A stretch of DNA of 64,000 nt, from NCBI GenBank assembly GCA_977017575.1, contig CDRNVI010000052.1, positions 62,001 through 126,000 of the forward strand. The letters are read 5' to 3'. The stretch is from Paramoeba atlantica (taxonomy: Eukaryota; Protista; Discosea). The notes beneath the pieces are model-generated. The model made no database searches. It was not told the origin of the DNA and was given only the letters and a program-made list of their open reading frames with translations. Below are positions 30,759 to 41,260 of this stretch, one piece after another (position 1 is the stretch's first letter; each line of letters opens with the position of its first letter). Both the position numbers and the translations under genes were made by a program.

Positions 30759-31151
30759 ATGCACTTTAATCCATATGGTGGTTGGTCTCAACAACCTTCT
30801 GGTGGATCCAACAAGCCCCCACGGTCTCGGTCAGGTGTACCACCCCCGTACTCCAGCACTCGTGCTGCACAGACTCCCTTTCGAAAATCTTCCAACGTTG
30901 CGGATTTACACTCTTCTGAATTAGAACATCTTGAGCGATATTGTGAAAAAAGGCTTCTCAGCAATACGTGGAAAGTTGAAATGCAAGAATGGGTAAGGGA
31001 TCGAGTCACTGAGCGTCTCTCTGAAGGCAAACCGATTATAGAAGACGAGCTTGTCGAGGAACTGATGCCCATAGCACGTAGTCGAGTCCCTCCAGAAATT
31101 GTTAATGATGTTTTGGGGCGAATTCAGCTTCATACCCGCGGTAACTCGTAG
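30759..31151 (+). CDS. ENY2: ENY2/Sus1-like protein
   Basis: LLSNTWKVEMQEWVR...IEDELVEELMPIARSRVPPEIVNDVLGRIQ aligns by eye with the ENY2 pattern W....K......T...LV.EI.P..R..VP..VK.ELL.RI. Confidence 0.7.
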   Translation: MHFNPYGGWSQQPSGGSNKPPRSRSGVPPPYSSTRAAQTPFRKSSNVADLHSSELEHLERYCEKRLLSNTWKVEMQEWVRDRVTERLSEGKPIIEDELVEELMPIARSRVPPEIVNDVLGRIQLHTRGNS

Positions 31152-31589
31152 GAAGAGTATTAAATCCGGGGATCTTGTATATTAATCTTAACCGTTTTTC
31201 TAAATCCAAAAAACGACCGATCAATTTCTCTAAATTTTATTTCTTACGATGAATCAAGAAACAACTAAGAAGAAACGAAAGCACTGCAGGCATTTTTTTC
31301 ACAAGGTTGTATAACTGGAAACTCATTTGAACCAAGAAAAATAATTAAAAATAAAATGTAAAATTTAGAGATTTTCCACGTTTATTTATTAAACGTCTAA
31401 ATTTGTAAATTTTATTGTCGCATACCGCTTCTTGTGGGATCATTCGTTCATGCAAACAGGTCAGAGGGAAGACTAACGTATAGAGAGGTCATGATTCAAA
31501 CAAGGAAGAGTGGGAGATGAATTTCATTGCAAACTTTGCGCATGCTGAATCTCAATGGTTACTTTGTAAGTGACCAAAATTGATAGTTC

Positions 31590-34500
31590 ATGCACGTCAA
31601 AGTAACTAACCACATCACTTATTTAGCGCGACGTAGCTACACTACCGCTGAAAACGCTTCTGCTAGAACATCGCTTGTCTTTGTCGAGCCTCCTGACCGC
31701 GAGACACGCCTTCTCAGTGCGATACGTGGCCAGTGGTCGAGTCTATCATGGGACGATGGATTGAAGGTGATAAAACATCTTTCCCTAATCAATCTTTCTC
31801 GTAGCATCTTGCTTCACGCCTGGTCTGAGAAAAGGTCGTGGCTTGAGGTTCTTAGAGCATTTTCTGCCGCGAACGACCATCTAGTGACAGCGCCCCTACT
31901 ATCGCACTTGGGTCTCTTAATAGCCCGGAAAGCTCCGCTGTCCTTTCTTATGCACTTGTGCGCAACTGATAAAATTCTTAAAAGTAATAACGGTGCTTCT
32001 GTTTGTGTTACTACTAGGTGTGGTTTCCAAGTCAATTTTTGTCTAGAGCGAAGACTCCAAAGCTGTCCACACCTCTTGTTAGAAATGGTATCAGTCCGGT
32101 ACTTGAGGCTTAAGGACGTAAGGTGCAAAGAGCTGACGAATACAGCAAGACCAGAACTTGATCTTCTCGATCAATCATGTGCCATGGTGAATAACATGGA
32201 CTTTTTTGAACAACCGAAATCCCTCTCAATCGCTATTCAACTTCTATTAGAACATCGCTTCTTGTGGGTAAAAGGGATACAAATGGCGTCTGATAATCGG
32301 ACCCCCGAACGAAGCGCCTTAGCATGTACAAAAGTTCCTTCCTCACTGTGGCTTGCCGCAATGAAAATATTTGGACCCTTTCCTGGATTCCTTGCTACTT
32401 CGTGGAATACTTGTCTGAATTTCCTTTTAAAGAACCATAATTTTATCCGTGCGTTACGCGCTACACGATGCAGCGTTGATGAAACTTCCAAGGATATAAA
32501 GCACGTTGAACATGATTCTGAAAACAGTATGCTATCGAATTCTACAACAGGAATTAGTTTTCTTATGAAACGTATAGCGATTCATGTTGTCACATCGCAC
32601 AATCGTTTGCCTACACGCAGCTATTGGGATAAATCACTAGGTTGGGTCCTTCAAAACATTCCTGGATGCGTACCAGAGTCGCCCACCTATTTTTCTTTTT
32701 CCGATGCCAATTTCCTGCTCAAAACTTGGCCAGACCTTGTAAAAGGCATAACTTTAGAGCTATCTAAAAAATCATTTTGGCTTTCGGCTCTTGCCCCTCT
32801 GAGCGTCTCCCTTTGTCAAAGTGCTCGTTGGGATGTTCTTCTTCGTACTTTAGCCAACCACCACCTTTTGTATGGACGAAGAACGGAAGCTTGGGTAGCC
32901 TTTGGAAATGATATTGAGGCGAAGGACCCTACAAACATAGAAATTACAAAGTCACCTCAAGAACAAGTTCAGCATGACAAATGGCTTCGGAGCTTGGCTC
33001 AGGTTTCCTTGCAAGCTTTAAAACTATCTTTGACACGAGGAAAGCACATCACAGACGCGTTATTGATTCCTCAGTGCGCACTTTTTTTGCTACGTTCTTG
33101 TCGCAAACAGTCAATATATTGGATGCCTCATTTACTTGAAGGAATGTTTCCTTTAATACTTAACAGTCATTGGAAGTTTGTTTTGCGTTTTATGTCCGGT
33201 GCAAACATACCGAAACCTGTTCATCTCTCTGCGTCGCGTGTATTGGCAAAAACATGTCTCCGCCACGGACAATGGTTTGTTGCCGCGCAACTTGTGCTAC
33301 ATAAAAATCATTTCACCGCTGCAGAGCAACTTAAGAATTATCCGCAGCAACGAACTTTAGACACAGAAGATCACCCTCTTTGTGTCTTGCTTAATCAAAT
33401 TTCATCACCAGAGCGAATAGGGTTCACGGAACAGCACATTTTGCGTTCCACTGGAGGGCAACTTCTGGAACATTGGTTCAAATATCGGTCGAATCCTCGT
33501 CGATGGCACGAATCCTTGGAAATTGTAGGCACGTGGCTGAAAAAGTTATCGGCCCCTCCACCGTTTCTTCCTCGATCTGTAATTCAATGGATGATGATTC
33601 ACCTTCCTCAAACGTTCACATTTATTAAATTACTTGATGTGGCTGCAGACAAGAATCATCGCCTATGGTACAAAGTAAGGAGACTTTTACACCACCCTAC
33701 TTTATGGAAACCCGCAGTAGAAGTCATTTTGGCGCAAGAAAAGCTGGAAGAAGAAAAGCGAAAAAGTATATACAAAGAGGAGCCGAAAGACATGTTCTTT
33801 GACGCAGATTTATTAACTGATATTTGTCGTCTTGAATACAATGAGCTAAGTTACTTAGTTTGTGAAAAGCTTATCAGATATCTTCCACCACATCCTCTTA
33901 CTACCACAACGCAGATTGCTGACTTGCTTTTGGCTATAATACAACATGCAGCAAGAGCTCCGAAGTTCCCTTGCTTGGGACAGAAAGCGCTACACCTCTC
34001 GTTGGAATATTTTCCTTCCTGTTTTCCTTTTGTATGTCCCCCCTATGTTAATCAAGCATTGGAAGTAATGGTACAGGCACTGGGGTGGAGATCAGTCGAA
34101 AAAGCCATTAAAAAAATGGAACATGCTTCTGACTCACCTCGTGTCTCTGAATCTGGGGGGCACAGTATCCCGGTTCCAGCACCAGTGGAGTGCCACAAAT
34201 CGGGTGAAACGGTGTATCTGAGGAGGAAGACACTAAACACTTCGTGGGAATTTGCAGTGAAAGTATTTTTAGGTAAGCTCAAGGAATCAAAGGAAAACAT
34301 ACACAATCAAATCTTCGACCAAATATTTCGCGATTTAATTCAGGCAGAAAATCTTCCCGCGCGATTCTGCTTTTTGGCGTTGATGGTTCACTTTAAGATT
34401 ACCAGGAAGCTTCATGAGGGAATTCTTACAGAAGTTATTCTTTCAACAATGAATGTCTCAAGTCCTGACGAATTACAACAATGTAGTCATATCCTGGAGA

Positions 34501-35309
34501 AAATGAGTCGGGCTGTCGTGGATCAACAAACACTGGTTCGCATAAAAACTGTTCTAGAAACCATGGGGTCTCATTCCTGTGCAGAAAATGTCTTAGAAAG
34601 CAAGGAGGAATCCAAGAGTTTTCTTTCTAAACCACCAAGTGCACATTCACTTATTGATTCCACCTCTTCCGAAGTCGGCATGAAGACTGACTCTCCCTTT
34701 CGGCGTCCTCGACGACCACGATACCTCTCACCTGAGATAATTCGTGATTTGCGGTACGTTGCAAAATCTGACTCTCAAACAGCAGAGGGCTGGGCCAAAC
34801 CTGATGAAGAGCACGGTGCAACTGTGGCCCAGTGGCTGCGGGGCTTTCCTGTGGATCGTAAGGCAGTAACCACCGACGACATTTCCCGTCTCCACCATGA
34901 GTTGATTCATCGCACAGAGGTCTCCACAGCGTTATACGCTAAGCACAACGTGGATGCACTTCACTTAGTTCACTGTCTCTGCGACGATGGATCAGGCAGG
35001 TTTGCGCATAAAAATCGCATGGCTATCTTTCGTCCTCAGTACGGCAGCTCTGCGGCCTCCAACAAGCCCGCAAGGTCAGTCATACCTTCTCCCGAGCCTT
35101 CAACTACAAGAGCCCTCGAAGTGCTTTGCCGTAATGTGATTGGACGGGACGGCACCGTTCCGGGTCCAAGGCAGCAAGCTGCACTATTGGGTGCCCAGTT
35201 GCGTGGGCAGATTACCTGGATAACGGCACTGCGCTACGCCTGTGGTGGGGACGTCGCGGCCTGGCGACGGGCCTTTAACCGAGCTCAACTAGGTGTTTGG
35301 AATAGCTAA
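31590..35309 (+). CDS. Hypothetical 1239-aa protein
   Basis: Long ORF on the gene strand; Leu/Trp-rich, apparently helical; no recognised domain. Confidence 0.75.
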   Translation: MHVKVTNHITYLARRSYTTAENASARTSLVFVEPPDRETRLLSAIRGQWSSLSWDDGLKVIKHLSLINLSRSILLHAWSEKRSWLEVLRAFSAANDHLVTAPLLSHLGLLIARKAPLSFLMHLCATDKILKSNNGASVCVTTRCGFQVNFCLERRLQSCPHLLLEMVSVRYLRLKDVRCKELTNTARPELDLLDQSCAMVNNMDFFEQPKSLSIAIQLLLEHRFLWVKGIQMASDNRTPERSALACTKVPSSLWLAAMKIFGPFPGFLATSWNTCLNFLLKNHNFIRALRATRCSVDETSKDIKHVEHDSENSMLSNSTTGISFLMKRIAIHVVTSHNRLPTRSYWDKSLGWVLQNIPGCVPESPTYFSFSDANFLLKTWPDLVKGITLELSKKSFWLSALAPLSVSLCQSARWDVLLRTLANHHLLYGRRTEAWVAFGNDIEAKDPTNIEITKSPQEQVQHDKWLRSLAQVSLQALKLSLTRGKHITDALLIPQCALFLLRSCRKQSIYWMPHLLEGMFPLILNSHWKFVLRFMSGANIPKPVHLSASRVLAKTCLRHGQWFVAAQLVLHKNHFTAAEQLKNYPQQRTLDTEDHPLCVLLNQISSPERIGFTEQHILRSTGGQLLEHWFKYRSNPRRWHESLEIVGTWLKKLSAPPPFLPRSVIQWMMIHLPQTFTFIKLLDVAADKNHRLWYKVRRLLHHPTLWKPAVEVILAQEKLEEEKRKSIYKEEPKDMFFDADLLTDICRLEYNELSYLVCEKLIRYLPPHPLTTTTQIADLLLAIIQHAARAPKFPCLGQKALHLSLEYFPSCFPFVCPPYVNQALEVMVQALGWRSVEKAIKKMEHASDSPRVSESGGHSIPVPAPVECHKSGETVYLRRKTLNTSWEFAVKVFLGKLKESKENIHNQIFDQIFRDLIQAENLPARFCFLALMVHFKITRKLHEGILTEVILSTMNVSSPDELQQCSHILEKMSRAVVDQQTLVRIKTVLETMGSHSCAENVLESKEESKSFLSKPPSAHSLIDSTSSEVGMKTDSPFRRPRRPRYLSPEIIRDLRYVAKSDSQTAEGWAKPDEEHGATVAQWLRGFPVDRKAVTTDDISRLHHELIHRTEVSTALYAKHNVDALHLVHCLCDDGSGRFAHKNRMAIFRPQYGSSAASNKPARSVIPSPEPSTTRALEVLCRNVIGRDGTVPGPRQQAALLGAQLRGQITWITALRYACGGDVAAWRRAFNRAQLGVWNS

Positions 35310-35576
35310 GACTGGTACCGCCGCGGGGTTAGGGGCTAGATTTCGTTGGGCTATAAATAAAAAAAATAGCTAAACGTCACACTCCTGTTTTTCGTACTAC
35401 TATAGATCCCCCCAGTAAGATGTCCCCCAGTAGGAGAGATTTGGTCCTTTTTGTGCTGACCCCCAGTAAGAGAGATCCGCGCTTTTGTTTTCTACAGTTC
35501 CCACCGCCCACACTTTTGTTTTCCAGAAATTTTCTTTCATCAGGCAAACCGCAGATGTTTTAGTGCATGTACGTTG

Positions 35577-35687
35577 GGCTTCGCAAATTGTTTCCCACTA
35601 ACAACGCCGCGTATGGCTCGGGCCATCGACATACCACCCCGTCCGGCTTCGCAAATTATTTCCCGCTAACAACGCAGCGTATGGCTC
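35577..35687. repeat. 43-bp direct repeat pair (35577-35619, 35645-35687)
   Basis: ggcttcgcaaatt.tttccc.ctaacaacgc.gcgtatggctc occurs twice. Confidence 0.8.
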
Positions 35688-35868
35688 TCCTCTTTACTGA
35701 GTCTTCTTTTTCCCATGTAAAATTGTAGAACTTCGGCCACTCGTGCGCCATAGAAAACACTTGTGGAAGAAAACAACTTTTCTTGTCAAAAAATTGCTAT
35801 TTTTAAATACTGATTTTAAATACCGCGCGTATCCCGAATGGTAAAATAATATTGTAAGATATTGCGGC

Positions 35869-36927
35869 GGTTGTAAAACTACCGCTCTACCCTCGATTAT
35901 TGAAAACAAAGTGAACAAAAACAGTGAAAATATTAAGAGGAACACAGTAATATAATAGAAGAAAATTGAGAAAATTTAATTGATTAATTTAAATAATTGA
36001 GAAAATTGAGGGAGATACTACTCCCTCGCTACCGTAGGTTAATTCGTCGTGCCCGATTTGTGGACCGATTTCGTTTCAGGTGAGTTTTCGGAAAAAATGT
36101 TTACAAAGACGTATGAATCGAATTTAGTGACAGGATTACTAGTTTTTCAACAATTCCGATGGGTATCCCCTGCCCCCCCACTCCCCACCAGGGTGATCAT
36201 AGCAATTTTTGAAATTTTGAAAAAAAAACTGAAAAATTATGGGTGAAAGTCAAAAAATATATTTTTCCCAAATCAACTCCTAGACCGTTTTTTGAGAGTT
36301 TGGGGCCTGATATACCTGTATACGGTTTGGTTTCATTCGATATTTCTCCACCCTGTTCCGGTAATACACCTACAAAGGCCAAACTTTACCTGGAAGTGTG
36401 TGACACGCAAGGCCTTAGAGGAAGGAGGAGGCGCAAGGCAAAAAGGCAGAAGGCGGAGTCTTCTGTATTTTTGCCGCGGCGACGACGACTTCCTCGCGTG
36501 GGAAGCTGTAACGCGCCCTAGGGAGCATGTTCGGATGGCTATGTAATCCAGGATAAAGTGGACGAGGAAGATACTAATGGCACCTTTGAAAAACCACCTC
36601 GAAACTGGAACGGTATCTCCCGGTTTGTAGAGCATTCTGATGTGGCAAAAGGGCCTTTAACGGGTGATACCGTTCTAATTTCGAGGTGGTTTTCCAAAGG
36701 TGCTTTTAGTATCTCCTTCGTCCACTTTAGCCTGGTTATATTACTGTATTCCTGTTTATATTTTCACTGTTTTTGTTCACTTTTTTTCAATAATCGAGGG
36801 TAGAGCGGTAGTTATACAACCACTGCAATTTTTCTTCTATTATATTACTGTGTTCCTTTTTATATTTTCACTGTTTTTCTTCACTTTGTTTTGCAATAAT
36901 CGAGGGTAGAGCGGTAGTTATACAACC
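35869..36927. mobile_element. Foldback element with about 100-bp inverted arms (right arm tandemly duplicated)
   Basis: 35869-35968 is the reverse complement of 36826-36927 and of the partial copy 36736-36821. Confidence 0.75.
36556..36727. repeat. 67-bp-stem hairpin nested in the foldback element
   Basis: 36556-36622 versus 36661-36727, about 59/67 complementary by hand count. Confidence 0.85.
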
Positions 36928-37069
36928 ACTATCTTGGAGCCAACTATATCAGACGCAAATATCAGATTTAGTGCTCTGAGAGCTAAAGTACGCAAAAATG
37001 GCCCCATTTTCACCCAAAAATCGGCTATTTTTGGCTATAATCTTTCCGTTTTCTTCAGCTTTCCTGGCC

Positions 37070-37194
37070 AAATTTTCTTTTTTAGGCTCTTCGTTAAACG
37101 CGGTGGTAGTTTTCAACGCGAAGCGCGCAGCATGAGTGACTTCTAAGTGGAAAACGACCACCGCGTTTAACGAAGAGCCTAAAAAAGAAAATTT
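37070..37194. mobile_element. About 125-bp hairpin MITE, copy 2
   Basis: 45-bp arms (37070-37114, 37150-37194), 44/45 complementary; loop resembles that of copy 1 (gcgaagcgcgcagcat). Confidence 0.8.
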
Positions 37195-37655
37195 CACGCC
37201 ATTAATCGTCTTCAGAGGGCGCGTTGCCTAGGATTCCTAATGAAGTTCAATCGGCACTTTCTCCCATCAGCCTTTTTCCTCAGTAATGCAAGCACTGACT
37301 TCCCAAAATAAGACGCGCAAACCTGATACAACCCAGGCAATCCATTTTAGCTGCAATTCCAATAAAACAGCGGATAAATTACAGATCTTTTCTCCCAAAA
37401 GAATTTAACCTCCTCCCTTATTTTCCTTAATAGAATGTACCAAAGAGGAAAAATTATGATCTTTATCATAGTTTTTCTTGTTTGGGGAACATTTTCATGT
37501 CTTTCATCCCAAAATCGGACCTCAACTCCCAATACCTTCTTTATCTCACAAAACCAAACACTGCTTTTTTTGAAAAGCAATTGTTTGAAAAAATTCATTT
37601 GAAAACATTTGTTTGTAAAAACACATTTCTTTGACCTCCCTTTTTTCTCTCCTCC

Positions 37656-38951
37656 ATGACCTTCTCCCGCACCCTCCTCCGCGCCCTCCCCTCCTCCCTC
37701 CCCTCCTCCCTCCCCCTCCGCACCCCCCACCCCACCTCCACGCGCCACCTCTACTTCGACATGCAATCCACCACCCCCCTCGACCCCCGGGTCCTTGACG
37801 CCATGCTCCCCTACCTCACCGAGGCCTACGGTAACCCCCACAGCCGTACCCACAGCTACGGCTGGGAGGCCGAAGAAGCGGTCGAAAAATCCCGCTCCCA
37901 GGTCGCGTCTCTCCTCGGGGCCTCCCCGAAGGAAATCTTCTTCACCTCCGGGGCCACCGAGGCCAACAACATTGCGCTCAAAGGGGTGGCCCAGTTCTAC
38001 AAAGTCAAAAACAAGAACCACCTCGTGACGCTGCAGACCGAGCACAAGTGCGTGCTGGACTCCTGCCGCGCCCTGGAGCTCTCCGGGGGGTTCGAGGTGA
38101 GTTACCTCCCGGTGCAGCCCAACGGGCTGGTGGATTTAAAACTCCTTGAGGGCGCGCTACGGGAGAGCACCGCGCTGGTCTCGGTGATGACCGTGAACAA
38201 TGAGATCGGGGTGATTCAACCCGTGGAGGCCATTGGGGCGCTGTGCCGGGCGAGAGGGGTGTTCTTTCACACCGATGCGGCCCAGGCGGTGGGGAAGGTC
38301 CCCGTGGGGGTGGAGCGGATGCAGTGTGATCTGCTGTCGCTGTCCGGGCATAAGGTGTATGGACCGAAAGGGGTGGGGGCGTTGTATTTGAGAAGGCGAC
38401 CACGGGTACGGGTACGGTCACCGATCTCGGGAGGGGGACAGGAACGGGGGATACGGTCCGGGACGCTTCCTACGCCGTTGATTGTGGGGCTAGGGGCGGC
38501 GTGTGAGGTAGCGGCGCAGGAGATGGGAAGGGATAAGGACCATATTGAGGGACTGGCGTCGTATCTGTGGGAGGAGCTGCAGAAAAGGGTGCCGAAGGTT
38601 ACGTTGAATGGGGATGCGGTCTCAAGGTATTGGGGAAATGTGAATGTGAGTTTTGCCGGGGTCGAGGGGGAGAGTCTGTTGATGGGCCTGGGGAATGTCG
38701 CGATCTCGTCTGGTAGTGCGTGCACGAGTGCGTCGCTGGAGCCGAGTTATGTGTTGCGGGCACTGGGGATTTCCTCCGAGAATGCGCACACCTCGCTACG
38801 GTTTGGGATTGGCCGTTTTACTACGAAGGCGGAGGTTGATTTCGTGTTGGATAGGTGCACGGAGGAGGTTCGACGGTTGCGGTCGATGTCCCCGTTGTGG
38901 GACTTGATTGAGTCAGGGGTAGATTTGTCTGCCATCCAGTGGCGGAGGTAA
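37656..38951 (+). CDS. NFS1: Mitochondrial cysteine desulfurase
   Basis: YFDMQSTTP, YGNPHSRTH, FTSGATEANN, HTDAAQAVGK, SGHKVYGPKG (PLP lysine), SSGSACTSASLEPSYVL. Confidence 0.97.
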   Translation: MTFSRTLLRALPSSLPSSLPLRTPHPTSTRHLYFDMQSTTPLDPRVLDAMLPYLTEAYGNPHSRTHSYGWEAEEAVEKSRSQVASLLGASPKEIFFTSGATEANNIALKGVAQFYKVKNKNHLVTLQTEHKCVLDSCRALELSGGFEVSYLPVQPNGLVDLKLLEGALRESTALVSVMTVNNEIGVIQPVEAIGALCRARGVFFHTDAAQAVGKVPVGVERMQCDLLSLSGHKVYGPKGVGALYLRRRPRVRVRSPISGGGQERGIRSGTLPTPLIVGLGAACEVAAQEMGRDKDHIEGLASYLWEELQKRVPKVTLNGDAVSRYWGNVNVSFAGVEGESLLMGLGNVAISSGSACTSASLEPSYVLRALGISSENAHTSLRFGIGRFTTKAEVDFVLDRCTEEVRRLRSMSPLWDLIESGVDLSAIQWRR

Positions 38952-39342
38952 AAAGGGGGAAAAGAGGACGTACATGTTGCTGGTTAGTTTTCTTTTTGGG
39001 CAAGTTTATTTTGGTTAAAACATTTTTTTTTCTGGAATTCTCTATGTACATACATAACGCACCATGTGTGATTTCTAGGCCGAACGATAATTTATCGTTC
39101 GGCCTAGAAATCTTCCTTCAAGGAAGATAGACCCTATTATCATAATAGGGTAAATGTTGGATTGTGTAGCAGTGAGAGCGCGGGATTGATAGTGATGTGT
39201 TATACTGATTTGTTATACAGATGTACGTTCGCGAGTTCTTCATTTGCATATCATGAAGACGTTATTTTTTATCTGCTTTCAACCAGTACGAGCTTCTTTG
39301 TTGCTTCCTATACCTGATCTCTCTTTTATTCCTCACTTTCTA

Positions 39343-39663
39343 ATGCGAGCCTTTTCTCTGCTCTCTCTCCTTGTCGTCGCCATGCTTGGCTTTCAGTCGA
39401 CTCGCGTCCAAGCGTTTGACAAATCCATTCGTCGTATCTTTGGGGGTTCCTCCACGGAGGAGACCAAGGAACCGGCTACCACAAAGCCCGAGCCCGAAAC
39501 AAAGCCCGAGCCCCCGAAAGAGAAACCCGCGGCACCCACCACGGAGCCCACAGAGGGTGACGGTGAGAAGTCGGCCGAGTCCTCCGCCCTCTCGATGCAA
39601 TGGGGAACGGCCAGCGCGCTGGCTAGCGTAGTTTCGCTCTCTTTGGTCATTCTGGCGGCGTAA
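39343..39663 (+). CDS. Small secreted, probably GPI-anchored E/P/T/K-rich surface protein, copy 1
   Basis: Signal peptide MRAFSLLSLLVVAMLGFQSTRVQA, KPEPETKPEPPKEKP stalk, small-residue omega region (ESSA) and hydrophobic C-terminus. Confidence 0.8.
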   Translation: MRAFSLLSLLVVAMLGFQSTRVQAFDKSIRRIFGGSSTEETKEPATTKPEPETKPEPPKEKPAAPTTEPTEGDGEKSAESSALSMQWGTASALASVVSLSLVILAA

Positions 39664-40006
39664 GTTATGCAAACTAGGAAAGGAATAGAAAATCTGGACG
39701 TCTGCTTCATACTGATTACTATAAAGAAGATAATATACTAAAATGATTCGGTCTTATTTGCAAAGCGATTTTAGCCATCTAAAAAAATCGGGTGCGCATA
39801 GTTTCCTGTTCTCTAGTGTAGTACATGAACATTAATTACCTTATTGTGCACGACCACACCTATTCTTTAATATCAATCAAGTTAATCAAATATATTTTTC
39901 GTATTTTGGTATAAGAATAAGAAAGAAATTCGGTTTTGTTTTTTAACGTAAACTTAGAATAGGAGCTTTGTTATTTACATTTGTATCATAATTAAAAATT
40001 CTCTTA

Positions 40007-41140
40007 TTGATCATACCAACATCATTTTCATCTTTCCCATATAAAGACCTAACGCGCCGAGGGAAAATAAGGAATGGGGAAGAATTCGAAGAAAGAATAA
40101 TGTCTGTTGTAATAAAATCTGCACATGCTTTTCACAAGCACTATCACATCTTACTGTTTTTATTACTTTTCTATGCAACGGAATTTCGAATGATAGTCTG
40201 CAATAAAGCGAAGGATGTTCCTCAGAGACGCACGGGTAAACTACGCGCTGCCATGTTAGCTCCAGATATTCAGTTTCGTCGATTTGTGGAAACCTTGCAG
40301 AAACGCCCACGCAATTGGAGAGAGAGAACGCCGGTGTGTCAATGGCGTGGTGTGATCTGCGGATCACAAGAAGAGATCGTTCTGCTACAGGGCGATAATA
40401 AAGGACTCCAAGGGAATCTCTCCTGGGCACATTTTCCTCACACAATGCACAGTCTGATTGTTTCAGAGAACATGCTATCGGGGACAGTAGATTTCTCATC
40501 AACTCCATTCACAAGGATCCGACGCCCGACGCAAGGAGAGGAGGAGGAAGAGGACTTAAATGCGCCTCTTTTGCGTCTGTCTTTGGGAAATAATCAGTTT
40601 CATTCCATTCTCTTTTCTGACCTTCCTCAACATTTGTTTTTGTTAGATGCGTCTAAAAATAACCTACACGGTAATCTCACGCTGAACGCTTTGCCCTCTG
40701 ATCTGAACGGCCTTTTGCTATCAGGCAATAAGTATTCGGGAAGTTTGAATCTGGAACACTTACCACGTTCACTGTGTGAGTTAGATGTTTCTTTCAATAA
40801 ACTTGAAGGGCCTATTTTGCTTAATACATTACCCTCTTCTCTTGAGAGACTCGAACTACAGGGAAACCAGCTTGGCGGAACTTTGTATTTTACTCTTCTC
40901 CCAAACTCCCTTAGTGTTTTGAAGGTTCATCATAATCTTTTTGATGGAGAATTATTCCTTTCAAATCTTCCTTCTGGAATGCGAAGTCTCAGTTTCTTAG
41001 GATTAAATATTTATCGTGTCAGCACTGATGTAATGTTGGAAAGACTTACGGAGAGTACCTACAGAATGCGAAGAGAAGCTATGTGGCCCCTAAGAATTGA
41101 ATTCGACATGGGTCATATTCCAGAAATTTCTCTAATGTAA
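40007..41140 (+). CDS. Leucine-rich repeat protein (true start probably downstream, near MIVCNKAKD)
   Basis: NWRERTPVCQWRGVIC cap and about 8 LP..L..L.L..N...G repeats. Confidence 0.88.
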   Translation: MIIPTSFSSFPYKDLTRRGKIRNGEEFEERIMSVVIKSAHAFHKHYHILLFLLLFYATEFRMIVCNKAKDVPQRRTGKLRAAMLAPDIQFRRFVETLQKRPRNWRERTPVCQWRGVICGSQEEIVLLQGDNKGLQGNLSWAHFPHTMHSLIVSENMLSGTVDFSSTPFTRIRRPTQGEEEEEDLNAPLLRLSLGNNQFHSILFSDLPQHLFLLDASKNNLHGNLTLNALPSDLNGLLLSGNKYSGSLNLEHLPRSLCELDVSFNKLEGPILLNTLPSSLERLELQGNQLGGTLYFTLLPNSLSVLKVHHNLFDGELFLSNLPSGMRSLSFLGLNIYRVSTDVMLERLTESTYRMRREAMWPLRIEFDMGHIPEISLM

Positions 41141-41260
41141 GACGGAATAAGATTTTGTACTCATCAAGGCTTGCACGCTTTGTACATAAGAATGACGTGC
41201 ACAGATAATCATCGTCTGGACACAACGAGTTTTGATACAAGTTTTGATACTGATTTATAG

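Noticed and set aside
35320-35340. Telomeric repeat
   Set aside because: A single TTAGGG; no array.
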